Positions 48,441-60,000 of a DNA stretch of 60,000 nt are shown here, one piece after another; the stretch's first letter is position 1, and each line of letters opens with the position of its first letter. The stretch is from Mobula hypostoma (lineage: Eukaryota), in contig NC_086097.1 of assembly GCF_963921235.1 (NCBI RefSeq), forward strand, positions 61,444,001-61,504,000, written 5' to 3'. A program made the position numbers and the translations under genes. Below the pieces are notes generated by a model, which did not search any database, had not been told where the DNA came from, and saw only the letters and a list, made by a program, of their open reading frames with translations.

Positions 48441-48929
48441 AAGCACTCCAGACAATGCGCTGGTGAATCTCTGTATTCTGCATTCTTTCTGATGATATCA
48501 CATCCTTCCTGTTGTGTGGAAACCAGAACTGTACATATTATTGCAAAAGTAAATTATAAAATATTCTATGAGTATCTAGAGAAAAATAGATTACAGATGG
48601 TAAATGTAGGCCCTTCACAGTCAGAAATGAGAAAATATAAAAATGGAAACTAATAAATGTCATAGTAATTAAACAAATGCTTTAGTTTTGTCCTCACAGA
48701 AAAGGGCACAAATGGCTTTCCAGCTTCACACAAATATGCAGAAACCAAGGGTCAAAAGAATGAAAGATAATGTGTATTAGTGGAAAAAAAAACTGCTGGA
48801 GACATTATTCACTTTCAGAGCTTTTAAGTTCCCAAGGCCTGAAATTCTGCATCTCAGAGGGATTCAACAAAATATTGAACACATTGGTTGTCATCTTCCA
48901 AAAGTCTGCAGATTAATGAACAGTGTAGA

Positions 48930-49661
48930 ATGCTGTAAAACAGAGGGATCTAGGAATAATGGTGCATAGTTCCCTGAAGGTAGAATCTCAAGTGGATAGG
49001 GTGGTGAAGAAATCTTTTGGTATGCTGGCCTTTATTAATCAAAGAATTGAGTATAGGAGTTGGGATGTAATGTTGAAATTGTATAGGGCATTGGTAAGGC
49101 CAAATTTGGAGTATTGTGTACAGTTCTGGTCACCGAATAATAGGAAAGATGTCAATAAAATTGAGAGAGTACAGAGGAGGTTTACTAAAACGTTGCCTGG
49201 GTTTCATCTCCTAAGTTACAGAGAAAGGTTGAACAAGTTAGGTCTTTAATCTTTAGCGCGTAGAAGGTTGAGGGGGGACTTGATAGAGGTGTTTAAAATT
49301 ATGAAGGGGATTGATAGATTTGACGTGGATAGGCTTTTTCCATTGAGAGTGGGGAAGATTCAAACAAGAGGACATGAGTTGAGAGTTAAAGGGCACTAGT
49401 TTAGGGGTAACATGAGGGAGAACTTCTTTACTCAGAGAGTAATAGCTGTGTGGAACGAGCTTCCAGCAGAAGTGGTTGAGGCAGGTTCGATGTTGTTGTT
49501 TAAAGTTAAATTGGACAGCTATATGGACAGGAAAGGAATGGAGGGCTATGGGCTGAGTGCAGGTCGGTGGGACTAGGTGAGAGTAAGAGTTTGGCACGGA
49601 CTAGAAGGGCCGAGATGGCCTGTTTCCGTGCTGTAATTGTTATATGGTTATATGGTTATAT
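48930..49661 (+). mobile_element. Younger CR1 3' fragment with a (GTTATATG)n tail
   Basis: ORF 48959-49249 reads VDRVVKKSFGMLAFINQRIEYRSW...RPNLEYCVQFWSP. The tail is gttatatggttatatggttatat. Confidence 0.92.
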
Positions 49662-49759
49662 TGGAGGGTAGCAGATATAGCCCCACTTTAGAAAAATGAG
49701 GAAGAAAGGAAACAGAACTGTAGACTGACTTGCCTAACATCAGTGTAACAAATTCTATA

Positions 49760-49969
49760 GTTAATAACTCATCTCCTTCTACCTTAGGCCGCAATCTTAT
49801 CAATCACCCCTGCTTTGAGCACTTTCTGGAGGTCCAAGATCCGTATGCTCCACGACCGCTGGACTAAGTGTGTAAATGTAGGAGCGGACTATGTTGAAAA
49901 ATAAATGTGCTAGGTTTTCTAAAATTGACTCCTTCTACCTTCGGCCACGAACATATCAATCACCCCTTG
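49760..49969 (+). mobile_element. Mariner-derived non-autonomous element, 3' part
   Basis: 49839-49904 encodes IRMLHDRWTKCVNVGADYVEK*, a typical mariner transposase C-terminus. It ends in a TIR-like ...tatcaatcaccccttg followed by TA, and a second same-orientation TIR copy is at 49773-49811. Confidence 0.85.
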
Positions 49970-50569
49970 TAAGAGGTTTTGAATACAACAGCACGAAGAC
50001 CTTACTACAGTCACCCAGGGGTTTGGTAAAACCACACCCAAAATATTGTGTGTAGTTTTGGTTTCCTTCCCTAAATGTTAGAATAAGAGGGATCTCATTG
50101 AACTGCAAAGAATACTGACATGATACCTGAATTGGATGCAGACACCATGTTTACCTTGGTGAAGGGACCTAAAACAAGAAGTCACAATATTTGAATGTGG
50201 GTTAAGTCAGTTAGGACTGAAATAAGGACTCAATGGTGCTGAACCAATGGAGTTGCAACACCGCGGGAGATCAGGGATGCAAGGGCATTGAATGTACTTA
50301 TGAGAAACTGGATAGATCGATTTCTGTACACGCAAGCTATTGAGGGACAATGGAATTGAGATAAATGATCCGTCCTCATCATATAGACTAATGGAACAAC
50401 TAGAAGGTCTGAATTGTGTGTTCTTACTTCTGTTTTCTGTATTTCAATGCATAGTTAAATATCTCTGAGGAGCTCTGCAGGGTGATCCATGTACAGTCAT
50501 TGCAGTTTGTCCCCAAAAGAGGTCTACACTAAGCTGTCTGCAGCTTAATGAGCAAGGTTGCAATTCTGT

Positions 50570-50982
50570 CTAGAACATGGAATATAGAACATACAACACT
50601 ACTGCACAGTACTGGTCCTTCAGCCCACGTACTCTAAGATCAATGTAACCATTCCTTCCTATATAATTCTTTTTTTTTTTCTCTATCATCCATGTACCTA
50701 TCTAAGACTTTTTAAAAAATGTTCTCTTCTGCCACCCATGGGAGGGTGTTCCATTCACCCACCAATCTCTGTGGAAAAAAAACAACAACAACTTGACCCT
50801 GACATCCCCCACTGTATCTTCCTTCAATCACTTTAAAATTGCATTAGCCATTTCTCCCTGGGAAAATTTCTTTGGCTATCCACTTGATCTATGTCTCTTA
50901 TCATCTTGTATATCTCAATCAAATCACCTCCCATCCGCCATTGCTCCAAAGAAAAAAGCCGTAGTTTACTTAAGCTTAACCT
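50570..50982 (-). mobile_element. CR1 3' fragment
   Basis: Homologous to 25754-26170 (tagaacat tail, ccctgacatcccc..., ttagccatttc...). Confidence 0.8.
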
Positions 50983-52126
50983 AGATTTGAGTGTAGAGCT
51001 ATAGACATAGAGGACAGACCTTGCTGCCGAGTTTCAACGATCTGTCTGGTACAGAGGCTAAAATATGGTAGGCATATGTACTCGTAGGTACCAATAGCCA
51101 TATAGATGTAGAGGTACTAGCTCGCAAAGTTACTCTTGTTTTTCCAGTGGTAGCCCAAAGAATCAAACATAATTCCCTGAACCTTGGGAAGGCCTACAAA
51201 TAGACAGGACCATATTGGCTGATGGTCCTTTCTCAAGAAGGAGATGAATTCCCTTTCCCGAGAGTAGAAAGTATAGTTGGTGTAGTTTCTCACCAGAAAC
51301 CTGTTAGCTGTTCAAACCCAGATCAAGGAATCAGCAGATTTGATCTGTATGAACAGTATGCAAGACAAGATTTTTGTTGTACATGTGACCATAATGAACC
51401 AATACCAATACTAATTACATGACTTACTAGTATTATCTGGCATCTTCAAACTGCAGACTTCTGTGAATGCCACTGTTTAACTGTTATTTATTGGGTAGTC
51501 CACAGAGTGACTGATGAACAAGCACTGCTTTGTTGGAAAAGAAATTTCCAACATGCTTTCCAAAATAAATCCTCTGAATGACAGTAGCTATAAGATGTTG
51601 CAACAGGAGAAAATGATGTTATGGAACTTTGATATTTATGGCAGTTTTCTAAAGCTCAACAAGGGTCAGAGCAATGGAAACAATTTCATTGAGAATACTG
51701 CCACAGTAATGCTTTATCATGAGAGTGGGTCATTGGTCAGTTGTCAGGCAATCCCCTATGTAATATGATGCTGACAATTGATAAAATGATGTAGTCCTCA
51801 GCTCAATTTGTTACTGTCTCCAAAGAGGCATGGGATCTTATCAAATCCTGGAGAATCTTTTCCTAAAGGATATTGAACTTTACCAAAACATGACAACCAA
51901 AATATTTTATAATGAGTCCGGCTGAATTGTGGTGCTGGATATACTAGTGCTAAGCATAGATATATCTGCTTATTGTTTAGTACTTCACAGAAATACATGT
52001 AACATATATTTGCAGTCTAACCTAATAGCATTCTGTTTTACTTCACTGCAGTCTAATTTTCTTTTTGTGTTGGTTTGCAAACTTTAGGCACTTTGGGTGC
52101 TGCTGATGCAGGCTCAATACCCGAAA

Positions 52127-52922
52127 TCAAATTCAGGTTTAATATTGTCAGTGTATGTCGTGAAATTTGTTAACTTTGTAGCAGCAGTACAATGCAATAC
52201 ATGATAAATTCAGGAAAAAAACTGAACTAAGTAAATACACACATACACATATAATATGTATGTTAAATTAATATAAGTAATACAAGAACAGAAATAAAAA
52301 GGTAGTGAGGTATTGTTCAGGGGTTCAATGTTCATTTAGAAATTGGATGGCAGAGGGGAAGAAGCTGTTACTGAATCAGTGAGTGTGTGCCTTCAGGCTT
52401 CTGTACCTCCTTCCTGATGGTAGCAATGAGAAGAGGGCATATCCTGGGTGGTGGGTATCCTTAATAATTAACACTGCCGCTCTGAGGCATCACTCCTTGA
52501 AGGTGTCCTGGAGAATATGGAGGCTAGTACCCATAACGGAGCTGAATAATTTTACAATTCTCTGTTGCTTCCTTTGATCCTGTGCAGTAGCACCCCACCC
52601 CCCCACCGCCTAACCCACTCTCCATACCAGATGGTACTGCAGCCGGTCAGAACACTCTCCAATGTACACCTATAGAGGTTTCTGAGCATTTTAGATGACA
52701 AAACAAATCTCCTCTAACTCCTAATGAAATATAGCTGCTACTTTGTCTTCTTTATAGCTGCATAGATATGGGACCAGGTTAGATTCTCAGAAGTAATGGA
52801 TATCCAGGAACTTGAAATTGCTCATTCTCCATTTCTGATCCCTCTATGAAGATTGGTTTGTGTTTCCTCATCTTACCCTTTCTGAAGTCCACAATCAGCT
52901 CTTTGGACTTACTGACATTGCG
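52127..52922 (-). mobile_element. Rex1/Babar LINE 3' fragment
   Basis: Minus-strand NVSKSKELIVDFRKGK...PIFIEGSE is the Rex1-type motif. The tail is ...aatattaaacctgaatttga. Confidence 0.8.
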
Positions 52923-53680
52923 TGCAGTGCTTCTCAGACTTGCCTTAGTCTGGATGAGGTAGCACCAAACACACTCAAGATGTTCATTGCATTTTAGGAT
53001 GTAACAGACCACTTAAATGTTGCCTCATTTACCGAACTACGCAGTCATTCCTTCCTCCAGTGGCACATCATGTCTGAAGTTGGTACATTTAGAAAATGCA
53101 CTGTGGTTATGCATCTAGACTACTACCATAACACCTCCCAATTCCACAGCTACAACCACTAAGAATATGGACACCACACTTGGGGGTACTCGCACTATTT
53201 CAGGCACTGGGGATTTATTCACCTTAATATACGCCACTGCATTTACAATTCCTCCTTTCTGCTGTAAAGGAGTCAGAATATGAGCGTGCTCCTCCTTAAC
53301 TCTGCATCTTCCACATCATTCTCCCAGATGAATACCATTTCAAATGATTCATTTACAACCCCTTTCATATTTCTTGGGTCCACAGATAGATTTTTCCATT
53401 GGTCCTTGAGAGGATCTTCTCATTTCTAGCTACCATATTGTTTATGATGTGCTTGTAAAAGGTTTTGTAATTCTTAATCCTCAACAAGATCATCTCCTTT
53501 ATTCCCTTTCCCTCCTAACATTCTTTTTAAATGCACTCCTATACTTCTTAAATGCTCCAAAATATTGAGCCTGGGATTCATGTATTGAGGAGCAATGGAT
53601 CTGTGAACTGCATCATCAGGCCATGCCCAATCAATTGCTTCCCATTCTGAACATTTCACTGTTAATTTTATTCCATAGTT

Positions 53681-54500
53681 TTCAATAGATACATTTAATG
53701 TCAGAAAAATGTATACAATATACATCCTGAAATACTTTTTCTTCGCAAGCATCCACGAAAACGGAGGAGTGCCCCAAAGAATGAATGACAGTTAAATATT
53801 AAAAGCCCAAAGTCTCCCCCCCAGCGCCCCCTCCCATGCACAAGCAACAGCAAGGCACGACCCCACCCCCCACCCCCAACAGCAAAACAGCATCAGCACC
53901 CTCCACTGAGCACTCACATGTGCAGCAAAGCATCAATAAAGATACAGACTTTCAGTACCCCAAAGACCAATCATTCACCCGGTAATTTGACATACCACAG
54001 GCTTTCTCTCTCTCACTAATAAGGGAAAAAGAGGTGTCCCCATCTCACAGCGAGAGGGGAGACAGAACAAACAATTCCCTGATTTATGGTGTTAAAAGTC
54101 TGTTCCATAGCTTTTTCCGAGCTCTGCACCAGAGAGTTGGCCCAAGGCCCAGGTCTCTGCACCCACAGTCTGCAACAGCTAATCCAGTCTTCTGTCTTCT
54201 CCCGTGATGCCTCAGTCAGGGGCACCGGCCTTGAATCAGCCTGTCTCCAGAGCCATGAAACTCTGGCACCTTGAAATCACACTAGTCTTCCAGGCATGTC
54301 CTTGGGATATCAAAAAGCGGCCAGTCATGAAGCCCTGAGAGCAGGTCCCATTCTCGCAAAGAAATGAAGTCAGAGTGTAAGTCCAGGTCAAGGTTTTCAA
54401 GACCTTTCCTTGAAAAGGGAAAAAAGAGGTGTCAAAGATAGAAATAGAACTGTTTCTGAAGATGCAAGTGAAGGAGTCACCATTTAGTGTCATCTTGACT
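53681..54500 (-). mobile_element. About 820-bp non-coding interspersed repeat (non-autonomous retroelement with a LINE-like tail)
   Basis: The minus strand begins gtcaagatgacact and ends gtatattgtatacatttttctgacattaaatgtatctattgaa. Composition shifts sharply against the flanks. The family is not identified. Confidence 0.5.
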
Positions 54501-54879
54501 TTTCTCTGCCCTCCGAGTCACAATCTTGTTTAAAATTTTCAGAATTTTCCTTTGCCTACCTCATTGTTTTTATGTTTTCTCTGTTCGGTGTTGTGTCTTT
54601 CCTTACTCTCTTCTTCTTGTTCATAAACTTAGTGCACAGCTCCTTCTTTACCTTCATATTTTCACATTTTTCCTTTTTTATGGCATTCCATTGGTGATTA
54701 CTTTTTATTGCTGATGCTTTTTAATTAAATATATTTTCATGGGCTCTGAGTTTTGTTAAGCAAGTAGCCGCTCTTTCAGTATTATTACTTAAGGAACATG
54801 TGGTCCATTTTATTTTCTTAGTTTCTAATCATGTCCTCTTAAAATAAGCCTTCCTCCGGTGTATTATTTTGATATGGTT

Positions 54880-55068
54880 ATATCACGTGAGCAATTAACC
54901 TACTAACCCATATGTCTTTGCAATATGAGCGGGAACTGGAACACCCCGGGGAAACCCACACAGTAACAGGGAAAATGTACAAACTTCTTACAGACAGTGG
55001 TGTAATTGAACCCATGTCACTGGCACTGTAATAGCATAACACTAACCGCAACAATAACATGCTGCCCC
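54880..55068 (-). mobile_element. V-SINE (HE1-like)
   Basis: ggaactggaacaccccggggaaacccacacagt...attgaaccc...cataacactaaccgc (reverse V-domain, B-box, A-box). Confidence 0.8.
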
Positions 55069-56819
55069 CAGTTATCAAAGTGTACTGTGCTCCTGTCTCC
55101 ATTGACTAGATGATCCCTTCCTGTTACATCTCCTTCCCCGCTCAGGTTTAATCAATTCCACCTAATCCACTTGTGAATTCTCATATCTGTTACTGGTATT
55201 GACTTATTACTGTCAGATGTACCGAGAGACAATCAAAAGCTTTTGCATGCGTACTTTGCACTGAGATCATGTCATAGCTACGTATATCAAGGTAGTAAGA
55301 AGATAAGCAAAGCACAGAATATAGTGTTGTGGAAACAGAGGAAAAACAACAGATTGGCAGGGAGGCCTGTGCATTCCATCATAATTCCAGTCACTTAATC
55401 CTTCTATTTAATGTTTTTGGTCAGTGAATCATAGAGTAGTTGAAATCCTGAATTATTACCATTCTGTTTACTGCTTGTTCCCTCAGTCTGTTTGTATATT
55501 CCTCCTTCCACCTTCCATCCTTTACAATGATATCTATAGGTTACAGTTAATACTATGATTAATCATTTCCGAACAATCTCCACAGTATCTTGTTGGTGTT
55601 GGCTGTTGCTTAATTGATAGGATCCTGCTTCTGATCAAAATCAACAAGGATTCAATTCCCTCTCTATTGACGTGAGTATAATCACTTCTTGTTGCTTTAT
55701 CCTATTTTCACTCTTACCCATTTCCATTCTTGCACTTTATTTTGCTGTCTGTTCTCATAGTTTAATCTCTTAAACAGATCTAAATGAAGTCTGCAGAAAC
55801 AAACAGCTTCCTGCCTCCATTTCAATTTGAGGAAGCATATTCTCTTCAGGTTAGTGGCCAATTTATTGCTTTAGGGTATTTTTTTCCCAATGTTAATTTG
55901 AGCTCTGAATATTTTTGGCTCCTCCAAGGGTGTGCAGCATCTAGGTTTTATATCAACAAAGTCTGATGACCTGCTTCAGACGGTAAAACTTTGATATTTA
56001 TTCTGAACTGAACTCTTCAGTGTAACTTGTGTTACAATTCTGTGCCAAGATCAAAGAATTTTTGAATCCAGTAGGCATCGCTTGGTAGAGTAAAAAAATA
56101 ATTAGCTATTTAATAAAGGATGGAAACTACAGTATCACTTGTCATTTCTCTGAAGAAATATGTCAAAGTCTTGGCTTCCCAATATTGTATCTCAAAGGAT
56201 TGAAATGAGAACTGAAAATCTCCAGAAAATATAGGACGTTTAGAAAACCATTTGGGTTATGTTGAACTTTGATAATAAATTTACTTTGAACTAGGAATTT
56301 TTTAGAAAGTACAGCTCAAAAATGAATATATGGCCCAATTATCCTTGGCAGAGTTTGGCTCTGTAAATTTTATTGAGAACACCTCAGTTACATACATGGA
56401 TGAGAGAGGTCTGGGTGCAAGTGGATGGGACTAGCCAGAAATCCATACTGGCACAGACTAAATGGGCCAAAGGACCTGTTTGTGTGCATTGGTACTCTAT
56501 GACTCTGTAAGTAACTTGGGATGTTTGACCTTGTTACAGGCATTAATATGTTACTGTGAGCTACTATACTCCCATTTACTTTCCGTTTTCCCACATCATA
56601 GTTCTTGTTCCAATTGCACTTCAAACAGCATGCTATCTACTTTATTTCCATTGGGATGGTTTGGCTTTGATTCCATAAATATGGTGAGGAAATAGGCTGG
56701 TCCCCAGGTATATGAGGTACAATCTATTTTCACCCTCTTACTTCATTAGTTTAGCTGTTCCTAATATTATACAGCACTGGAGTAAACATATTGATTTATC
56801 TCGATGGATTTATATTGTT

Positions 56820-58625
56820 AAACCATAAGACAATAAGGCATAGGAGATGAATTAAGCCATTTGGTCTGCTCCACCATTCCGTGATGGTTGATTTATTATC
56901 ATTCTCAATTGCATTCTCCTGCCTTCTCTCTGTAACCTTTGACATCCTGAATAATCAAGAACCTATCAACCTCCACTTTAAATATTCCTAATGACTTGGC
57001 ATTGCCAGTCATCTATGCCAAGGAATTCCACAGATTCACTACCTTCTGACTAAAGGAATTCTTCCTCATCTCTGCTCTAAATGGATCTCTCTCTATTCTG
57101 AGGATGTGCCCTTTTGTCCTAAATTCCCCCACTACAGGAAACATTTTCTCCACACCGACTCTATTTAGGCCTTTCAATATTCGACAGATTTCAATGAGAT
57201 CCCCCTTCATTCTTCTAAATTCCAGTGAGTACAGGACTAGCACCATCAAAGTACTCTTCATATGTTAACCCTTTCATTCCTGGAATCATTCTCTAGACCC
57301 ACTCCAATGCCAGCACAACTTTTCTTAGATAATGAGCCCAAAGAGGCTCTCAATACTCGAAGTGCGATCTGACCAATGCCTTAATGCTGAGCATTACATC
57401 CGTATTCTTGTCCCCTAAATGAATGTTAAATTTGCATTTTTCTTCCTTACTACTGACTAAACCTGCAAGTTAACCTTTAGGGAATCCTGCACAAGGATCC
57501 CAAGTCCCTCTGCACCTCTAATTTTTGAATTTTCTTCCTGTTTTGAAAATAGACGTCTACACCTTTATTCTTCCCACCGAAGTACATCACCATACACTTC
57601 CTTACACAATATTCCATCTGCTATTTCTTTGCAACTTCTCCCAGTCTGTCGAAGTCCTTCTGCAGACTCTCTGCTTCCTCAACACTACCTGCCCCTTCAC
57701 CAGTCTACATCTTGTCTCATACTTGGCTGCAAAACCATCAACTCCATCATCCAAATCATTGACATATAATGTAAAACAATACCGTCCCAACACTGACCAC
57801 TGTGGAACACCACTAATCACTGGCAGCCAACCCAGAAAAGGCCCACTTTATTGCCACTCTTTGCCTCCTGCCAGTCAACCAATCTTCTATCCATACTCAT
57901 GTCTTTTTTGTAATATCATGGACTCTCATCTTGTTAAGCAGCCTTATGTGTGTCACTTTGTGAAAAGCCTTCCGAAAATCCAAGTAAACAACATCTACTG
58001 ACTCTCCTTTATCTATACTGCCTGTTATTTAATAAAATAATTCCAATAGCTTTGTCAGACAAGCTATCCCTTTAAGGAAGCCATGCTGGCTTTGTTCTAT
58101 TTTATCATGTGCTTCCATGTACCTCAAAATCTCATCCTTAACAATAGACTCCAATATTTTTCCCAACCACTGACGTCAAACTGACTGGCCTATATATTTT
58201 TTTTTCTGCCTCCCTCCCTTCTTAAAGAGTGACGTGGCATTTTCAATTATTACTAATGCCTCCACAATCTCTTCAGCTACTTTTTTCGGAGTCTTGGGAT
58301 GTATTCCATATTTTCTAGGTGACTCATCTACCTTCAGGCCTTTCAGCTTCCCAAGCACCTTCTCCTTAGAAATAGCAATTACAATCACTTCTGTCTCCTG
58401 ATACTCTTGAATTTCTGGCATACTGCTAATGTCTTCCACAGTAGGGACTGACACAAAATACTTATTATGTTTGTTTTCCACTTCTTTGTCCACATTAACA
58501 CATCTGCAGTGTCATTTTCCAGCAGTCTGATATCCACCATCACCAGTTTTACTCTTTATCTTTCTGAGAAAACTTTTGGTATCCTCTTTGATATTATTGG
58601 CTACCTTGCATCCTTCGTGATTTCA
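56820..58625 (-). mobile_element. CR1 LINE, 5'-truncated and decayed
   Basis: Minus-strand ISGVPQWSVLG...YVNDLDDG, LYSLEFRRMKGDLIE...QKVVNLWNSL and KEKVLGKLKGLKVD. The tail is accataagacaataag. Confidence 0.9.
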
Positions 58626-59194
58626 AACAATTATGTCCCAATTATATCCCACTGTGACAAAAATTAATTTATTGTCTTTCTTGCGTGAATGATTAACCTG
58701 AATGTTTGGTTCACTACTTCCCATCCTTTGAAGCAAGGAACTGATTGGCACTTTCCTGTGTCTTGGACCCAATCATGAGGCATTTTCTTATAGCTTGTAG
58801 CTAAATTAAGTAACTGCCATGAGGAGATTTGAACTCTGATCTCTGGATTATTAGAACATGCTTCTGGATTACTAGTACTGCGTTGTCAATTAACATTTTG
58901 CTCAACCTGCTCCACATACTATCAGAGGATGTAATTGCTTCATCAAGATCTCATGTAATGTGAGCTGTGATGGATGGATGCCCACTCACAGGCAGAGAGC
59001 ATTTTTTCACTGTCCACGAGTCGACACTGAAAATAAACCACAGTAACAGTTTAACAGAAATGAAAATCCACGGAAAATCTGAAAGAATGAGAAGTAAAGG
59101 ACTACAGAAATTTTCATATAGGAGATATTCCAAATTCCAATGATAAAAATAAAAATGGCCTCTATTAAACAAAATGGAAATTAAGATGAGGTTT

Positions 59195-59580
59195 CTCATA
59201 AACTCAAGAGATTGCTGGAAATCCAGAGTGGCACACACAAAATGTCAGGGAAATTAAGCAGGTCAAGCTCCCAGCATTTATGGAAAAGAATAAAGAGTCA
59301 ACGTTTTGGGCTGGGATCCTTCTTCAGGTCTGGAAAGGAAGGGGGAAGAGGTACAAACTACAAGGTGATAGGTGAAACCAGGTGGGTCGGAGAGGTGGGA
59401 TGAAGTGAGAAGGTGGAAAGGATTAAGAGCTGAAGAAGACAAACTCTGAGAGGAGAGTGGTCTATGGGAGAAAGGGAAGGAGGAGGGTCACCAAGGGGAG
59501 AGGAGAGTGGACTATGGGAGAAATGGATAGGCAGGTGCGGAGAGGAGAATGGGATAAGAGGGGAGCCAGAATGACGAATC
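59195..59580 (-). mobile_element. Penelope pLTR fragment with a hammerhead relic (59295-59332)
   Basis: The minus strand reads cagacCTGAAGAaggatcccagcccAAAAcgttgactc, preceded by the pyrimidine-rich pLTR body as at 3375-3625. Confidence 0.8.
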
Positions 59581-59727
59581 ATAAGTGAGGTTTCGCTATG
59601 GTTAGGAAGTAGGAGCCATTGCAGTAAAGATGAAAAATGTAATTGCGTATGAGATGAAGTATCAGCCACTCAGCATGTGGGCACCACTGAACTATGTGAT
59701 AATATCCTCAGTGACTCTACTCATTGA

Positions 59728-60000
59728 AGAAGGAGGGAAGTTATTAACTTCAAACTTTCTGCATTTTCACTCAGAGTTGAACTGCACGTGCATGTAACAA
59801 GAGCTGTATAACTCATCTCCTTAAGGCCACAAACTTATCAATCACCCCTGCTGTGGACCACCTGGAGGTCCAAGGCACTCTTGTTACATGCACGTGCAGT
59901 TCAACTCCTTGAGTGATAATGCAGAAAGTTTGAAGTTAATAACTCATCTCCTTCTACCTTAGGCCACAAACTTATCAATCACCCCTGCTGTGGACCACTT
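59728..60000. mobile_element. Mariner-derived foldback element (same family as 49760-49969), running off the window end
   Basis: Inverted arms at 59739-59803 and 59878-59945. The TIR-like unit ...aggccacaaacttatcaatcacccctgctgtggaccac occurs as direct copies at about 59809-59861 and 59940-59998. Confidence 0.8.

Larger units (their letters stand above)
48560..50435 (+). mobile_element. Old, heavily deleted CR1 hosting two younger insertions
   Basis: CR1 ORF2-like sequence (ttggttgtcatcttccaaaag...tggagggtagcagatatagcccc) is continuous across the 48.93-49.66 kb and 49.76-49.97 kb insertions. Confidence 0.6.

Noticed and set aside
49773..59998. Roughly 39-bp direct repeats with intervening sequence, superficially CRISPR-like
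   Set aside because: There are only two units per locus, the spacers include mariner transposase codons and inverted arms, there are no cas genes and the context is vertebrate. They are transposon TIR copies.
21420..60000. Exons of a second gene, for example an antisense host gene such as PC or a distal alternative last exon of LRFN5
   Set aside because: I recognised no non-TE coding segment. Short exons could have been missed by eye, so this is unsupported rather than excluded.

Overview
Vertebrate genomic DNA, most likely from an elasmobranch (shark or ray). That assignment is inferred from the repeat content: HE1/V-SINE-type SINEs, a SacSINE1-like DeuSINE, abundant CR1 LINEs and Penelope-like elements. 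The window holds one recognisable protein-coding gene, an LRFN5/SALM5-like synaptic adhesion gene on the + strand. It has two coding exons (17930-19320 and 20029-20968, 776 aa), a CpG-rich putative promoter with candidate non-coding 5' exons at about 8.2-11.4 kb, and a poly(A) signal at 21407. The rest is intergenic or intronic DNA filled with decayed and often nested transposons: CR1, an invertebrate-looking CR1-group LINE, RTE, Rex1/Babar, Penelope-like elements, Tigger, mariner and a Gypsy LTR remnant. Four observations stand out. (1) The LRFN5-like protein ends in the PDZ-binding motif ESTV, which canonical mammalian SALM5 lacks. (2) A Penelope-like GIY-YIG element has inverted pseudo-LTRs, a perfect 14-bp target-site duplication and hammerhead-ribozyme motifs, and about seven hammerhead relics lie in the window. 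(3) One LINE looks like an invertebrate family and may be a horizontal transfer. (4) A mariner-derived foldback element carries internally reiterated TIRs. I found no prokaryotic-type system. Family names come from recalled motifs, not database searches, and most repeat boundaries are approximate.
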